Source of the DNA: Podarcis liolepis
Lineage: Eukaryota
Assembly: GCA_965112155.1 (NCBI GenBank)
Contig: OZ218099.1
DNA length: 64,000 bases
Reading direction: 5' to 3' (one strand)
The notes under the pieces are model-generated. The model was given only the letters and a program-made list of their open reading frames with translations. It searched no databases and was not told the DNA's origin. Of the stretch, positions 49,901 to 62,587 are shown one piece after another (the first letter of the stretch is position 1; each line of letters starts with the position of its first letter). The position numbers were made by a program, and so were the translations under genes.

Positions 49901-52900
49901 CCATGATGCCATCTAAGCCACAATAGAAAAGATGTCTGGTGGGGTCCCATGCAGTATATTGTATTATCATGATCTAGGCACTGTGTGAGAGAGGCAAAAG
50001 CTCTGAATATATTTTGTTGTCTATTTGGCAACCCTACAGGTTTTTTTCCAGTCTACCCTACTCAATGGGGTACACCTTCCAGCAACTTTATGATGTCTCC
50101 CCCCTTCTCCACAGTTCACAGTTGTGTGAGAATCTGGGCCCCCAGTGCTGGAAGCAAACAGTGAGGCCAGATATCACATTCGAACCCCCTGTAGCCTCCT
50201 GCTTTTCAGTAGGCATTCTCAGCAACATACACTCAGCTCAGATAATTCATCCAGAATAATTCCCCCCCCCCCCAATGATACGATTATAATCGTTAACAAA
50301 CCCACCCTTAAATGTTAATATAGTCAGCTATTTTTGTCCACACTGATTTTTCTCATCCTTTTAATACGTGGAGGGTGGGTCTTTTTCCTCTTCTGACCCC
50401 TTGTTACTCTTTTGATCAAGGGTGCATTTTTTACAATTACAAATGAATTTTAGGTTCGCCCTTCCAACCTTTCAGCCTAACAGATGAATGGAAAAAGTCC
50501 ACTTATAAAGAGCTCCAATAATTAGCTATGATAATTTAACAATGCTGTGTGAGAACTAATATTATCTCTAGAGCGCTCATTAAAAAAAAACACACTAAAA
50601 AAACCCTGCAAACTCTGCAAAACTGTCATATGGGAAGGAACCATTCCAGATTTTTTTTAGTTTATAAATATTTCATCCACTCCTGGGGCCATTGTGACAC
50701 TTTCCTAACCCCCATTGTCCTGCAGTTTGTTTGCACCTTATACACTTTCTACATTGCCATCAAAGGAGGGCTCCCATGTTTCTTCTTTACTTCCGTCTAT
50801 TAACACATCATTGCAACATATCTTATTAGGGTCCATCCCTTCCCGGTGGAAAATTTCTGAAGATGTTGTGGCATGACCAGGCACATCCCCCATCATGGCA
50901 ACAATTATCTCTGCTCAACTACAATCCCTGTTATTATAAGATTTTTTGGGAAACATAGCCAAGGGCATGCATAGGGTAGAGACACTCTTTCTTGAAGGCC
51001 AACATTTTTGCAGTTTTTATCTCAGCACTGCTGGAGAGTATAAACTGGAGTCAGCACAAAATGAATGGCTGCAGCCTTAAAGCAGCACCCATATTTTCCA
51101 TTCTGTCCTATACGGGTTCCTCTAATACTCTTCCCTCACTACAGTATTTGAGTTACCAACAAGGCACCAGTGTATTGACATCTGGCAGGCTCAGAGATAC
51201 AGTCACCCTGAGCTTAAAAGCTAACAGCAGATGAGAAAAACTTCTATTATTCATGCATCTGATTAACTCATTGGTATTAATGGTCCGCACACAATCAAAG
51301 TTATGACATTTGTTTAGGTCACAGGGATCCGGAGTACAAATTTGTTGTGAAGACACAGAGGAAATGGACTATCTAGGGACTCCAGAAATACTGTCCTCAT
51401 GTCCTCAGAGTGTTAATGTCCAGAGGTGAATGAATGAATGAAGATGGGTGGGGAGGGAAGAGCAATAGAATCTGTCTGGATTTAAGCAAATATTCCACAC
51501 ACACCCTCCAAGATTCAGACATTTGTCTGCACTGCCCAAATATTACCCTTTTTCATTGGTTTGCCTGTTTGACAATTCCTGTTCTGCCGGAAAACCTTTT
51601 ATTTGCCCTTTATTTCATGGTACTTCTATGACAAGACACTCCAGACTGAAGGTTAATAATCCACAACACCGGAAAAAGTATGAACAGAGTGTGAATTAGG
51701 TACAGGACTGCACTGCCATATATCATGTTCTCATGGGTTGAAACCATCCGTATATCAGCCAGAGGTCTAGAATCTTCACATCACCTATACGTGCAACTAC
51801 ACTGAAGAAATGAAAGCTACAATAAGGGGAAGACATACTTTCCAGACTCTGAATTAAAGTTCTGTACTACAGATTCTCCTCTTCCTCAATCACCAATCAT
51901 AGAAGCCTATTGGACTGGCTGTCCAGGATGGCCAATGGTAATAAATGACAGGTTGTGTGGTCCAGCAACAATATCTCAATGGCCACAGGTTCCTCTTGTT
52001 GGGAGGAAATTTTGGGCAGCAGATAAAGAAAGTGGAAGAATGGGCTGAGAAGCAGGATGGCTCTCTCACCAAGATCCGTTCAAACTCTCCTCTTTCAGTG
52101 CCAAGCATTATTCTCCCAACCATCAGCTAAAAATCTACCTATGCGACCAAGGAGGAAATCCATTCAAAGGTGAAGACATCACTTGTGATGTCTCAGTTGC
52201 ATTCCATGGATGTATCAACACTTAGTACCCGCACTGGTGCTGGCAATGATAAGGCCATGTGGCTGTGGGTTTTGATGTGAGGTTGTCCATATGTGTGAGA
52301 GCACCACAGCCAATCTCATTGCAAGCTTTGCTAAGAAGAGAGTGCTTCCCCCCATCTTTCTCAATGCAGAGCCATTAAATCCAGAATTGCACTTGATTTA
52401 AAGAGTTGTGTTATGCAAGTCTCTAGCCACTCTGAGAAAATATTTAACTGGAGCAAAGCTTTTGCAGGAATATGGGCCAAACTATCACGTCTCGATATAA
52501 TTTACTTTCAAAATATCAGCAAATATGGAAATCACATTCTTTGAGTCGTTTTTAATATCAGAAGATGAATCTTTAGAAGACGGGTGCAGGGCACAACTAG
52601 CCTGCTAGATCAGGACGTACCCGACTCAGACATGGGCTTGGCATACAAGTGTGAGTTGCGTGCTATTGTTTTTTTTAAAAAGCAATAATTTAGAAAGGGC
52701 AATTATTCATTAGATTATGAAGGGTAACAATTATCATATTACCATAGATCATGTTATTCCCCCTTGAGTGCACTACAATAGTTCAGGATAACATATGGCA
52801 AGAAGGTGCCAAGAACTGAGTAATAAATAATACTTTTGAATATTTTTCAGAACGTTGACCTGGTATGTGTATGTACATATCAACACATGTACCCACTCAC

Positions 52901-55222
52901 CCTGTAGCTCAAATCTGTCCTCAAGCACAACCATCCACTCAGGAGGAGATGACTAAATCATATGTCCCTTCACCAGCCTGGTCTAGCCAAGCCATACCTA
53001 TTTTATTGCTAGAGTTGCCTGGGACCCCACATTCACCTCACTGTCTCCTTGCAAGTGACTTGCCTTGAGAAATCTCATTTCCAGAAACCTCATTTTCTGG
53101 GTCATGAGGAGGACGTGAGGGAGATATCATCTCCAGGACCCTGTGAGCCTGGAGCATAGATTCAAAATGACAAGCAGCCAGTGCCTGACTACTGGGCACA
53201 ATAGATCTATTAATTAGGAAGCATTTTGTATTGTGTTTGCCAAGGTACAAATGAAGGGAAACTGTTTGCAGAAAGCATAACCCACAAACCCTTTCTCCAG
53301 GGGAATCTAGAATTCCGCAGGAGTCAGGTAGTGCTGTTCTCTACCTTGCACTGCTTGTTCTCCAGGCAACCAGAACCAAAATGTTCTTGGTAAAAAGATA
53401 GATAGATGAGGGTATGACATTTCCCCATCATCTTGCCTTCTAGTCCTTGTTACTAGAAAAAAAATTCTTACATTAATTTAGGTTTGTTTGACCAGTCCCT
53501 CCACTCCCATTCAAATCTATAGATCTCCTGGAACCAGTGCCTGATATGCTATTTGCCACAGAGGAAAACTGATGTTGGAAACCTGTATTTGGGGGAAGAC
53601 TGGGACGTGACCCTTTGCCTAGAAAGTTCTGAAAGAACTTAAATCTGAATTCACTCCCCCCCCCTCTCTCTGGGGGCTTCTGGTCAAAAGAACTGCAGCC
53701 AAAGGATGAAACCCAAGGTGCAGCTTCATCTCTGGAGGAGGCTATTTGCTAAAATGGGCTTACATGCCCGGCACAGCACACAATAGCATTTCAAGGTAGC
53801 TGCGTAATATGCCCCCCTTCATAAACTTTGAATGGCTCCAGCTCTCCGGCAGCAGGGAAAGCAGCTTGCAAACGTCATGTGAGCGGCAGCTCCAGTTACC
53901 CGGGGCCCAACTGTGCCACATCTCTACCTAGCTTTTATCTGATCCATCTCCCTGCATGGGAGCAGACCATCATCCACTCCTTTGATACTGTTGCTTTCGG
54001 TGGCTAGGAGCTGCTGGACTCTGAATGCAGCTGGTGCCCTTAAGCGGACTCCAACGCCTCCAATGTCACCTTGGCAAGAAATGCTGCAGCTCAAACTTTG
54101 GAAGGGGGGCAGGAGAAGAAAGCAGGAAACAGATAAAGGCGGCACTGTGACTCTGCTTGAGAAAGGAGAAAGAGTCATAGAGAATGGGAATCAGGGATCG
54201 CCACTGCACAAGATCTCTGCTCCATCTGCGCCCACTGGGCTGCCAAATAAGGCTATGTGAAATAAAAATAAGTCAGTACAGGAGCCTGGACAGACGGTGC
54301 CTGTTGCATCCCCACCTTGCTATCCACCTGCAGACTTCTTGCCCTACGCCCTTTGCACCCAACACCATTGCAGACACTCCCACCCCACCAACCACAGAGA
54401 ATGCAAAGCAAACTACATTTCTTTCAGCAAAGAGCAGATAACCTAACCTTGGCACCCTAGGCTGGCATCTGGTTCCATAGTTCTGCAATCCTGCTTTTCC
54501 AAATGACCCTGCAGATGCAGAATGTTACCTAAAGATATGCTAAATTGGCTCATGAATATATATAAGCAAACAGAGATGGTTGCAACTAGGTATATTAGTC
54601 TTTGCTACTCATGACAGGTACAGCCACTCCCGGCACACTGCCGCTACTTGGTACTGAACGGATCTCCTAGAGACGCCTTTTAATTGTCATTGTGCTAGTT
54701 TTTCCAGTTGCTCCAAATCACCTTCACGCCAGCACAGAACTCTGGGGCACAGAGGAGAGGTTCTTTGCTGTGGCAATTTCCTGTGGGCAGGAGCTGGATC
54801 ATCGATACCTTCCTTTCCTTGGTATTACAAAGAGAACAAGGCACACAGTGGAGTGCCTGGTAACTGTCCCCGTCAGCAGCTTTCTCAGACCTTGAAGTGT
54901 CCTCAAAAGCTACCGTATTGATGATGCGAGGCAGGTGCCGCCAAGGGTGGTTGGAGGAAAAACCGGCTTCGTACACACAGACAGCTGATATCGACTCACT
55001 TTCCTTACACTGCTGCTAGCGACGCAAGCCAGGAGCGGCAAAGTCATGTGCAATGGAAACAGAGAGAACGGAAAGGAGGGAGGGGGAACGCCTTTTAATA
55101 CCAAAAGAAAAAGAACAGCACCTGTGCCAATATAAAACTAGCTACTTCCAAGTAGCTCTTGCTTTCTGCAGAACCAAGGGAACTAGAGGAGTGGTAAAAT
55201 TGGGCCAAAACAAATGTGATAT

Positions 55223-55620
55223 GGGAAGATTTGTGATTAGATCTTCCGACATCTTCAAGGCAGCTGAGAGGGGAGGGGTGTGTGCTAATTTGATTTGGGA
55301 AGTGGCGCCAGTGGAGGGGATGTTTAACCCTTTCAAACTGGCACCATTTCCCTGTACTGAACCCTCCCCTCTGCCCAGAGTCACCATTAGCTGAACAAGG
55401 AGCAAAATGCAGTTATCTTTAAGGTGCTTGCATTTTTCTCTCTCCATGGGGTGGGAGGGTGTCTGGTTGACAGTAAGAGTAGGGGGGTTGGAAGGGTTAA
55501 AACACATCCTCCAGCAGCCCCACTTCCCAGATTAAATTAGCACACACACACCCTCCCTCACTTCTCCTCACAGATGTTTTCAAGAAAAGGAGAAAAATCA
55601 GGAGATCTGATGACAGATCC
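55223..55620. repeat. Long imperfect inverted repeat (foldback element)
   Basis: 55266-55336 is approximately the reverse complement of 55488-55559, with weaker outer extensions. Confidence 0.7.
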
Positions 55621-58068
55621 CGGACACCACGTCTGTTACTCTGCACTGCCTTCATCTCTAAGGAACCAAATTCTCATCTGGGCTGAATCCACAAGAGAGA
55701 AATAATTGCTAGTGAGCAAATCAGAGACTTAGGCAAGGGGCTTCCAATCTGATTTACACATTGTGCTATGTATGGTCTGTGCTCATGCATGAGGACAAAG
55801 AGCAGGCTCACAACTCCTGCCACCCAATCAACTCTATACCAGCTTTTCCCACAGCAGTCATGATTGACATGCCCACTGCAAAATGGGAATATTTATCTCC
55901 CCATCACACTTTACACCTTTACTATACCAGTGTAAGAAGGAGCCAGTTCTTCCTATGCAATACGTGTGTGTGTTTGCTGAAGGGGGGTGTTTTTATTTTT
56001 GTTCAGGAGTGGTTGTGGCGATTGGCCTATCAATATATATCTTAGGATAAAAGAAGGCAGGGATGTGTCACGTTCTCTACCAGATGTGAACCACATTCTT
56101 CTCTAGAGATCATAAAAATCCAGCAAATGGCATTGATCTTCTCAACACAACATCCTAAACAGAACAGGGCAGTAGAACATCTGTCCACACGATTGTTCAG
56201 GCTGGATTTAAGACTAGCAAAATGATGTGATGGCGCGGAACAAACCAGCAATAAGTCGCCGCAGGAACATTTGTAGCATGTTATATCATGGCTCTGAATC
56301 ATAAGTCATCAGACCCTCTAATAGAATATATCACATATCACAAGGAACAGGAACTTTGTTGAATGCAGGGTGTGTGCAGTGGACTTCCTACCCATGACTC
56401 GTTTTGCTCTCCTCTCCTCACCCTCCCAATACATGAACTACTTTATTAAGTGGATTGCACTATGATCGCTTTTCAGTTCTTATAGGCGCTGCTCTACCCC
56501 AGTCAAGTGCTGCTAGAGAAATCTGGCACTCTTACTAACCCTAGCTGACCATCCCTGCTGCATCAGGAAAAATGCTAATGGGCCACCATTTTTGGCATCC
56601 TGAGTTCGGTACAAATGGAGAGTGGCTCTGAGCCATGTTGGCTGTGATGTTGTGAAGTTACTGAAAGTCAGAAGCCCAGCTGAACTAGAACTTCTACTTT
56701 CAGTAAATCCAAGGGATGGGGATAATCCATGTTCAGCAATTTGTTGGGTGTTTTTAACAAATAAAAAAGTTACAGAAGTTCACTAGTTCAGAGATCTCAG
56801 CCCAGTTTGGGGTGTTTGCTAAGCAAGTCAGGTGTTTCACACTGTTCCTCTCAAGGACGGTGCAGGGAGGGTCATTGCAGGTCAGTGGGCAGACTCATGC
56901 AATAAAGCAGGATGCCCCCAATCCCCAGCAAAAGTAATGCAGAAAATGGAGATGTCCCAGAAATACATGTGCGGTATTTACTACAAATGTTACTACAAAT
57001 TTCCTTGCAACTACATGAAAGCTTTGCCAAACCAAATGAGCTGACAGCCAAACTCCTTGGATTTCTTGGAGCTGACTCTCCTCTGACCCTCCTTTGCTGA
57101 GTGCCAAACTCCCAGTGTGTTTTTGTGGCCTATGCTGGATCTTCTCTAAAAGCTTCCTCCAGTAGTGGCGCCAAGGAAGACAAGAAAAGGAAGCAGTGAA
57201 AATCATCAGTATTGTGTAGCAAAATCCAGTGGTTGTGCTGCGACACTCCTTTGGTCTGTGCATCTAAATACAGCATCTGAACTTATTGCCATGCCTTCTG
57301 CTGGGCTTGGTTCTAGATGAGCCAGGATGCTTCTGATAAGACTCCCCATGTTCCCAGCAATAATGCAGAAATGAATATGCAGAGATAGATGCAAGCGGCT
57401 GGCGAGGACACCTCAGACAATAGCCACAAAAGGGGAAAGGAGAAGGAGTTTGCAACCCACAAAAAATCTTTCTTCCGTCAAGACTTTAAACATGCATGGG
57501 CTACGCTGTACACAAGCCAGGAGGAAAAATCTGAATGGGTCCCCCACTAGGTACCGTCATATCCATCTGCAGGCAGAGAATAAGCTGCAGGAGGGGATAA
57601 AAGGTGATGTCCTCTCTCTTTTTAAAGTGGAATATAAATAGGATTTAAACAACAACACCCATTTATAGTGAGTCTTTCTAAAAATTGCTCAGTTTGCATT
57701 GTCTAAATTTAATACAAACAGGTTGTGGTCCAAAAAGCATAAATAGAAGAGTATTTTGCATGGTGAAAAACCTGCATCTGCTCACATTTTAAATTTGCAA
57801 TCCTAAACAAAGTTATTAGAGACTATTCTCCATTGAACTTTTTTCTTCTTCAAATAAACATGTAGAGGATTTCACTGCACACATTAGAAAGGTTAAGTGT
57901 GGATGAGCCCATAAATGAGCTGTAGCACTATAATGGAAGGGTTGCTGCTGTATCCATTACTATCTCCTATTAATGTAGCCTGGTTCTCTGAATTGCAGCT
58001 TCTGGAAAGGACTTTTGCACAGTGGTGGAGCTTCTGGCCCCTGCATCCTGGAACCCGATAGCCTAGGT

Positions 58069-58318
58069 CATGGGTAGGCAAACTAAGCCCCGGGGGCCAG
58101 ATCCGACCCAATCACCTTCTAAATCCGGCCTGCGGACAGTCCAGGAATCAGCGTGTTTTTACATGAGTAGAATGTGTGGTTTTATTTAAAATACATCTCT
58201 GGGTTATTTGTGGGGCAAAGCAATTCGTTCATATTTTTTTCCAAAATATAGTCCGGCCCCCCACAAGGTCTGAGGGACAGTGGACCAGCCCCCTGCTGAA
58301 AAAGTTTGCTGACCCCTG
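58069..58318. mobile_element. hAT-Charlie MITE resembling the OposCharlie1 family
   Basis: TIRs CATGGGTAGGCAAACT / CAGGGGTCAGCAAACT; 8-bp TSD GCCTAGGT/GCCTGGGT. Confidence 0.8.
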
Positions 58319-58872
58319 GCCTGGGTCTTGACTCCTTGCTGGGGTCTAACAACAGCATTACAAAGGCCCAACTGGAATTACAAGAAGCTACCATGCAGTA
58401 TCGCCTGAAAATACTATGCTAGGCTCCAAAGAAGGGTCGCACACTTGTGGGAGAGAGAACCACATACCTTTTGCTTTGCTCATGGCATTTCCCACAGCTA
58501 AAGAGGCAAGACAGTCTTCAGTTGAGAAACAGCTTGTCTGTAGTGGGAAATACTACAAGGAATCCAGCAAGGAAAATTCCAGTTTTCTGGCTTTGAGCAC
58601 ATCTTTAGACCTTGATGTGTACTTGCAAGATTGTGTTAGCAAGCTGTACAGATCCTAGCTTACTGAGTACACAGTGTATAAGTGGCTGAGCAAAACAAGC
58701 ATCTTACAGCACAAAACCCAACACAGGGGCCATTTCAAAGGCTTGTTAGCTGGTCCTCAAAAAAAGATTTTCAAGCACAATGAGAAAAAATTAGTTTCCA
58801 TCTCTTGTTGACAATAGCTTCAATCAACACACCCCAAGATATGCAGAATTTAACTGGAGTGTTTGTGCTTTT

Positions 58873-58874
<2 letters not shown>

Positions 58875-58909
<35 letters not shown>
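58875..58909. repeat. (AC)n microsatellite
   Basis: Read directly from the sequence. Confidence 0.95.
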
Positions 58910-58910
<1 letters not shown>

Positions 58911-59372
58911 CCAATGGGCAACAATGCTTGTCATGACAATTGCTAGTGAATCTGAACTGCAGCAGTAGCATGAGAAATCTTCTTATTCCCCAATTATATA
59001 CATTTTCTTTTCTTTTCTTTTTAAAAAGTCAAACATTAGTCACAGCTGAAGAAAAAAAACATCACCAGATTGTTCTGCCTGCAACAACACCCTCAATACG
59101 CGCCTTGGCATCCTTTAAGTAATAGAGACAAGAGACAAACAGGATGCCAAATTTCCATGGACTGCAGGAGCTCCTGGGCAACAAAGGATAGAGGAGCAAG
59201 CATGATTTTGAAAAGCCAGTGAGACAAAACCTTAGTAACTAGGTTTCAAGTATGCATGTTAAGAGACTTATCTGGAGGTAGGATCTTTACAACTTGCTTT
59301 GGGCATTCCCACCATGATTCCAATCAGCAGGGTAACCTGACACAGAATCTAGCTGCCAGAGTGTATTTAACA

Positions 59373-59725
59373 CAATGGCTCCCCCCCCCACCACCTTGCA
59401 GACCACTTGAAAATTGATGAAGGTCTTGGAGGACCACTTGATATTTTTTCTGCCTATTGTAGCAATTGTAGTGTGCAGTGCCAGGTGCTATATGATTTTT
59501 AATTGTATTTTTATTGATTACTGATTCTTATATACTGTATTTTATTGTATTACACTTTGAGTCCCATATGATTTGAATTACAATTGTAATTCAACATGAA
59601 TATTTAATATGTGATGGATGTGCCATCTCCAGTCTTCAACCACAAATCCATGGGTGCACCAAGGACCACCTCAATGAAGCTCGCAGCCCACTGATGGCCC
59701 ATGAACCACAGTTCGGGAACCCCTG
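59373..59725. mobile_element. Degraded non-autonomous hAT element
   Basis: Right TIR GTTCGGGAACCCCTG, degenerate left TIR, repeated GACCAC subterminal motifs, AT-rich core. Confidence 0.5.
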
Positions 59726-61328
59726 ATCCAAGATACAGAGGTGTTTAAAGAAGATGAAAAGGAGTGCTTATAAAAGCCACCCTTGTTGGACATCCACAAG
59801 AAATGCAGGTTGAGCAGAGCCTGGTTTGTGGCCTGAGACAAGTAGGCTATGAACTAGGCCAGCTTGACTTGCACTTTGAGCAGCTTCACCACCTCCACCT
59901 GCCCTTGCCCCCACTTACCTGGGGCAAAGAAGAAGGAGCCAGTGCAGAAGGCAGCAGGTGCTGCAGCTTCTCAGCTCTAGGAGCCTTTTTGGACTGAAGA
60001 ATAGGATAAAAAAATATTTAAAATAAAATACGGTAGGTAAGCAAATATTTCACTATTCAAAACTACAAGAAAGCAGTAATTACAGCCAGTTCCCCACCCC
60101 CAGCAAGAATAGAAACTTACATTAAGGGGTGATTAAGGAAGCTAATAGGGGAAGTTAATGGGCCATCCTTCATTAATCCCATTGCCCTGCTCAACAGAAA
60201 GCAATAAAAGGGTAGAACCAGTATGTAGGAAAGTTTTAATTAAAGGTGCAGGAGTTCTGAAAAGCCTCAACAGCACTTTGCCTGTTCACACTGGACAGGC
60301 CAGCACTGCAACTGTCTTTGTAATATTTTTTAATGCCATAGATCAGGTCTGGGGAAAAAGGAGGAGGCATAGTCTAACACAGAAAACACTGGAATGCAAC
60401 TGCTTTCCACAGAAGTTGTCTGGATTCTCCATAAATGTGAATGAACAAATTTCAGACCAAAGGGAAATAGCCTGGCCTCATCTGAAATAAAACCATTCCA
60501 CTTAATTTTTGCTCACAAGAAATACAAGTTGAGTCCAATGGGACTTGCTCCCAGGATTGAAGTTTAAATGATCCTGGTGATTTCCTGGCCCCAGTCTCTA
60601 ATCTAGTTTCTCACTCTGTGTCATTTTTTTCATTGCTGTCTCTCCTTGAAGTCCATTGCCAAGGCCTCCATGGTGGATGGCAGTAAGATGACCCATCCTG
60701 TGCTAGCGATTGCTAACAAGATGACCCTCCATATACAACCCATTGTAAACATTACCTTAGTGATGAGAATAGTCATGAGAATTGGATCTAAGAGAGCAAA
60801 GATAGAACTTTTGTACTTTTGTACAAATGCAGTTTGCCTTTCACACTGAGCTCAACAACTAGATCCTGATAGAATGAAAGTGATACCAGACACTGTACAT
60901 TCAGGAGCATTTATAAAATAATTACTCCCCTTCCTTAAACAAAAATAATATAACAGTATAACAGGGAAGGCAATTCTGTGTAACCTGAGCAACTTCCCCA
61001 CCCACAGCTTTATCTAGATTTTTCACTTTCTTCTGGAGTTCTGCTACTTTGATAGGTTTCAGAAGCCACAAGCTCCAACAGTGAGTCAAGTCTGGTATGG
61101 TAAACACTAGTCTATAGCAATGGTCTCTTAACTTCCTAGTTTCAGCAGCCTCTTTCCCATGTTAGCTTGTCTGCAGCCTTTCATGACTGCCTCCTGTTAA
61201 GAGTGAGAACACACCTAATTGTCTCCTGTAGCTGCGCATTACAAGGGAAGATTTGGAATTGTGGGCAGAGTGCCTGTAGAGAAAGCTTGCCCATCTTTCT
61301 GGAACCTTTCCCATGGCAGAACAGCGAA

Positions 61329-61452
61329 GAAGAGCCCTAGCTCAGTGGTACAGAACACATGAAACCCTGGAAAGTCAGCATAGACAATACTGTACTGAGT
61401 TAGATGGACCAGTGGTTTGAATAGGTATCAGAAAGCTTCCTTTGTTCCTTAC
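61329..61452 (+). mobile_element. Internally deleted squamate SINE
   Basis: TAGCTCAGTGGTA head joined to TAGACAATACTG...TAGATGGACCA...AGCTTCCT tail. Confidence 0.65.
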
Positions 61453-61889
61453 CCCTTCTGGGGAAAAAAACCCTAGTTTTCCTGAACACAAGTCTGAAAA
61501 CCCATGACTTAGGGGTAGTGATTTCTGTGCCAACCACCCACATACATGCCCTCAGAACAGAAAAGGAGTTCTTGTCCATGCCCTTGTTTGCAAAGTTCTT
61601 TTTCAGGATATATTATTCTATGAATAGTGGCAATGGCCATTTGTAGACTAATGTCTACAACCCCAACCTCTTTCACCGCGGTACCCAGACTCCCAACTGG
61701 AGTTGTTCTTACATCCAAGGCTAACAGAGAAGGAATTCTGAGCCCTTGGTTAGATTATGCAAAGTTGTTGAAGCAAATGTCAGCAGTAGGGCTACTTAAC
61801 CCACCAAGAGCGCATAAATGCTACAAGGCACCATGTCAGATTGATGTGGCATCTACAACACAGGAGATTTCATTCAGCTGAAGTTAGTT

Positions 61890-62390
61890 AGCGGTTTTAA
61901 ATTTGAATATCCCAGCCCTACAGCCATATGCTCTCAGGGCAGCTAGCGCTCAGATAAAAGCGATTAACATAGCAGAAGTTTTTTATTAAATAAAATTTTA
62001 ATTAGCAGAAGCAGTTAAAAACAAACAAACCATACATGCAAATCTTGCAGCAGTATAACACCCAATTTAGCTAATGTTTTGAAAGAACCTGGAAAATTAA
62101 GAAGGCAGTATTAAAAAGACACATAAAAGTAGGTGCCAGCTAAGTCCATGATGTGGTGCCACAGGCAGGAAGACCCTCTCCCTTAGTTGACACACACCTA
62201 ACTTCAGAAGGCGAGGGCAATTAGAGAAAAGCCTCTGATGCTTATCTTCACAGGCAGGCATGTACATGTGGGAAAAGGCAGTCTTTTAGGTAACCAGCTC
62301 CCAAACCCTGTGGAGCTCTAAAGTTAAGTACCAGCACCTTGAATTGTACAGAACTGTTCCAAAACTGGCAAGACACGTTCCCTTGGGCCA
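61890..62390 (-). mobile_element. Old LINE (L2-like) 3' remnant
   Basis: Motifs such as ACCAGCACCTTGAATTG, AAGACCCTCTCCC and CTCAGGGCAGCT resemble decayed reptile L2 3' ends; family assignment is from memory. Confidence 0.45.
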
Positions 62391-62551
62391 GTCCCAGTTA
62401 ACAGCCTAGAGACGTTTCCTTTGTGTTCTTTCCGAATTTCAGAGCCTTCTTGTTGTTAGGAGGAAAAGATAAGAATAAAAGAAGGTGAGGCCCCCTTAGA
62501 GAAGCCTCAGCTGTGGCCTGGGAATGATTTTCAGCATTATTTTGGCCAGGC

Positions 62552-62587
<36 letters not shown>
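62552..62587. repeat. Compound (TA)n(GA)n microsatellite
   Basis: Read directly from the sequence. Confidence 0.95.
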
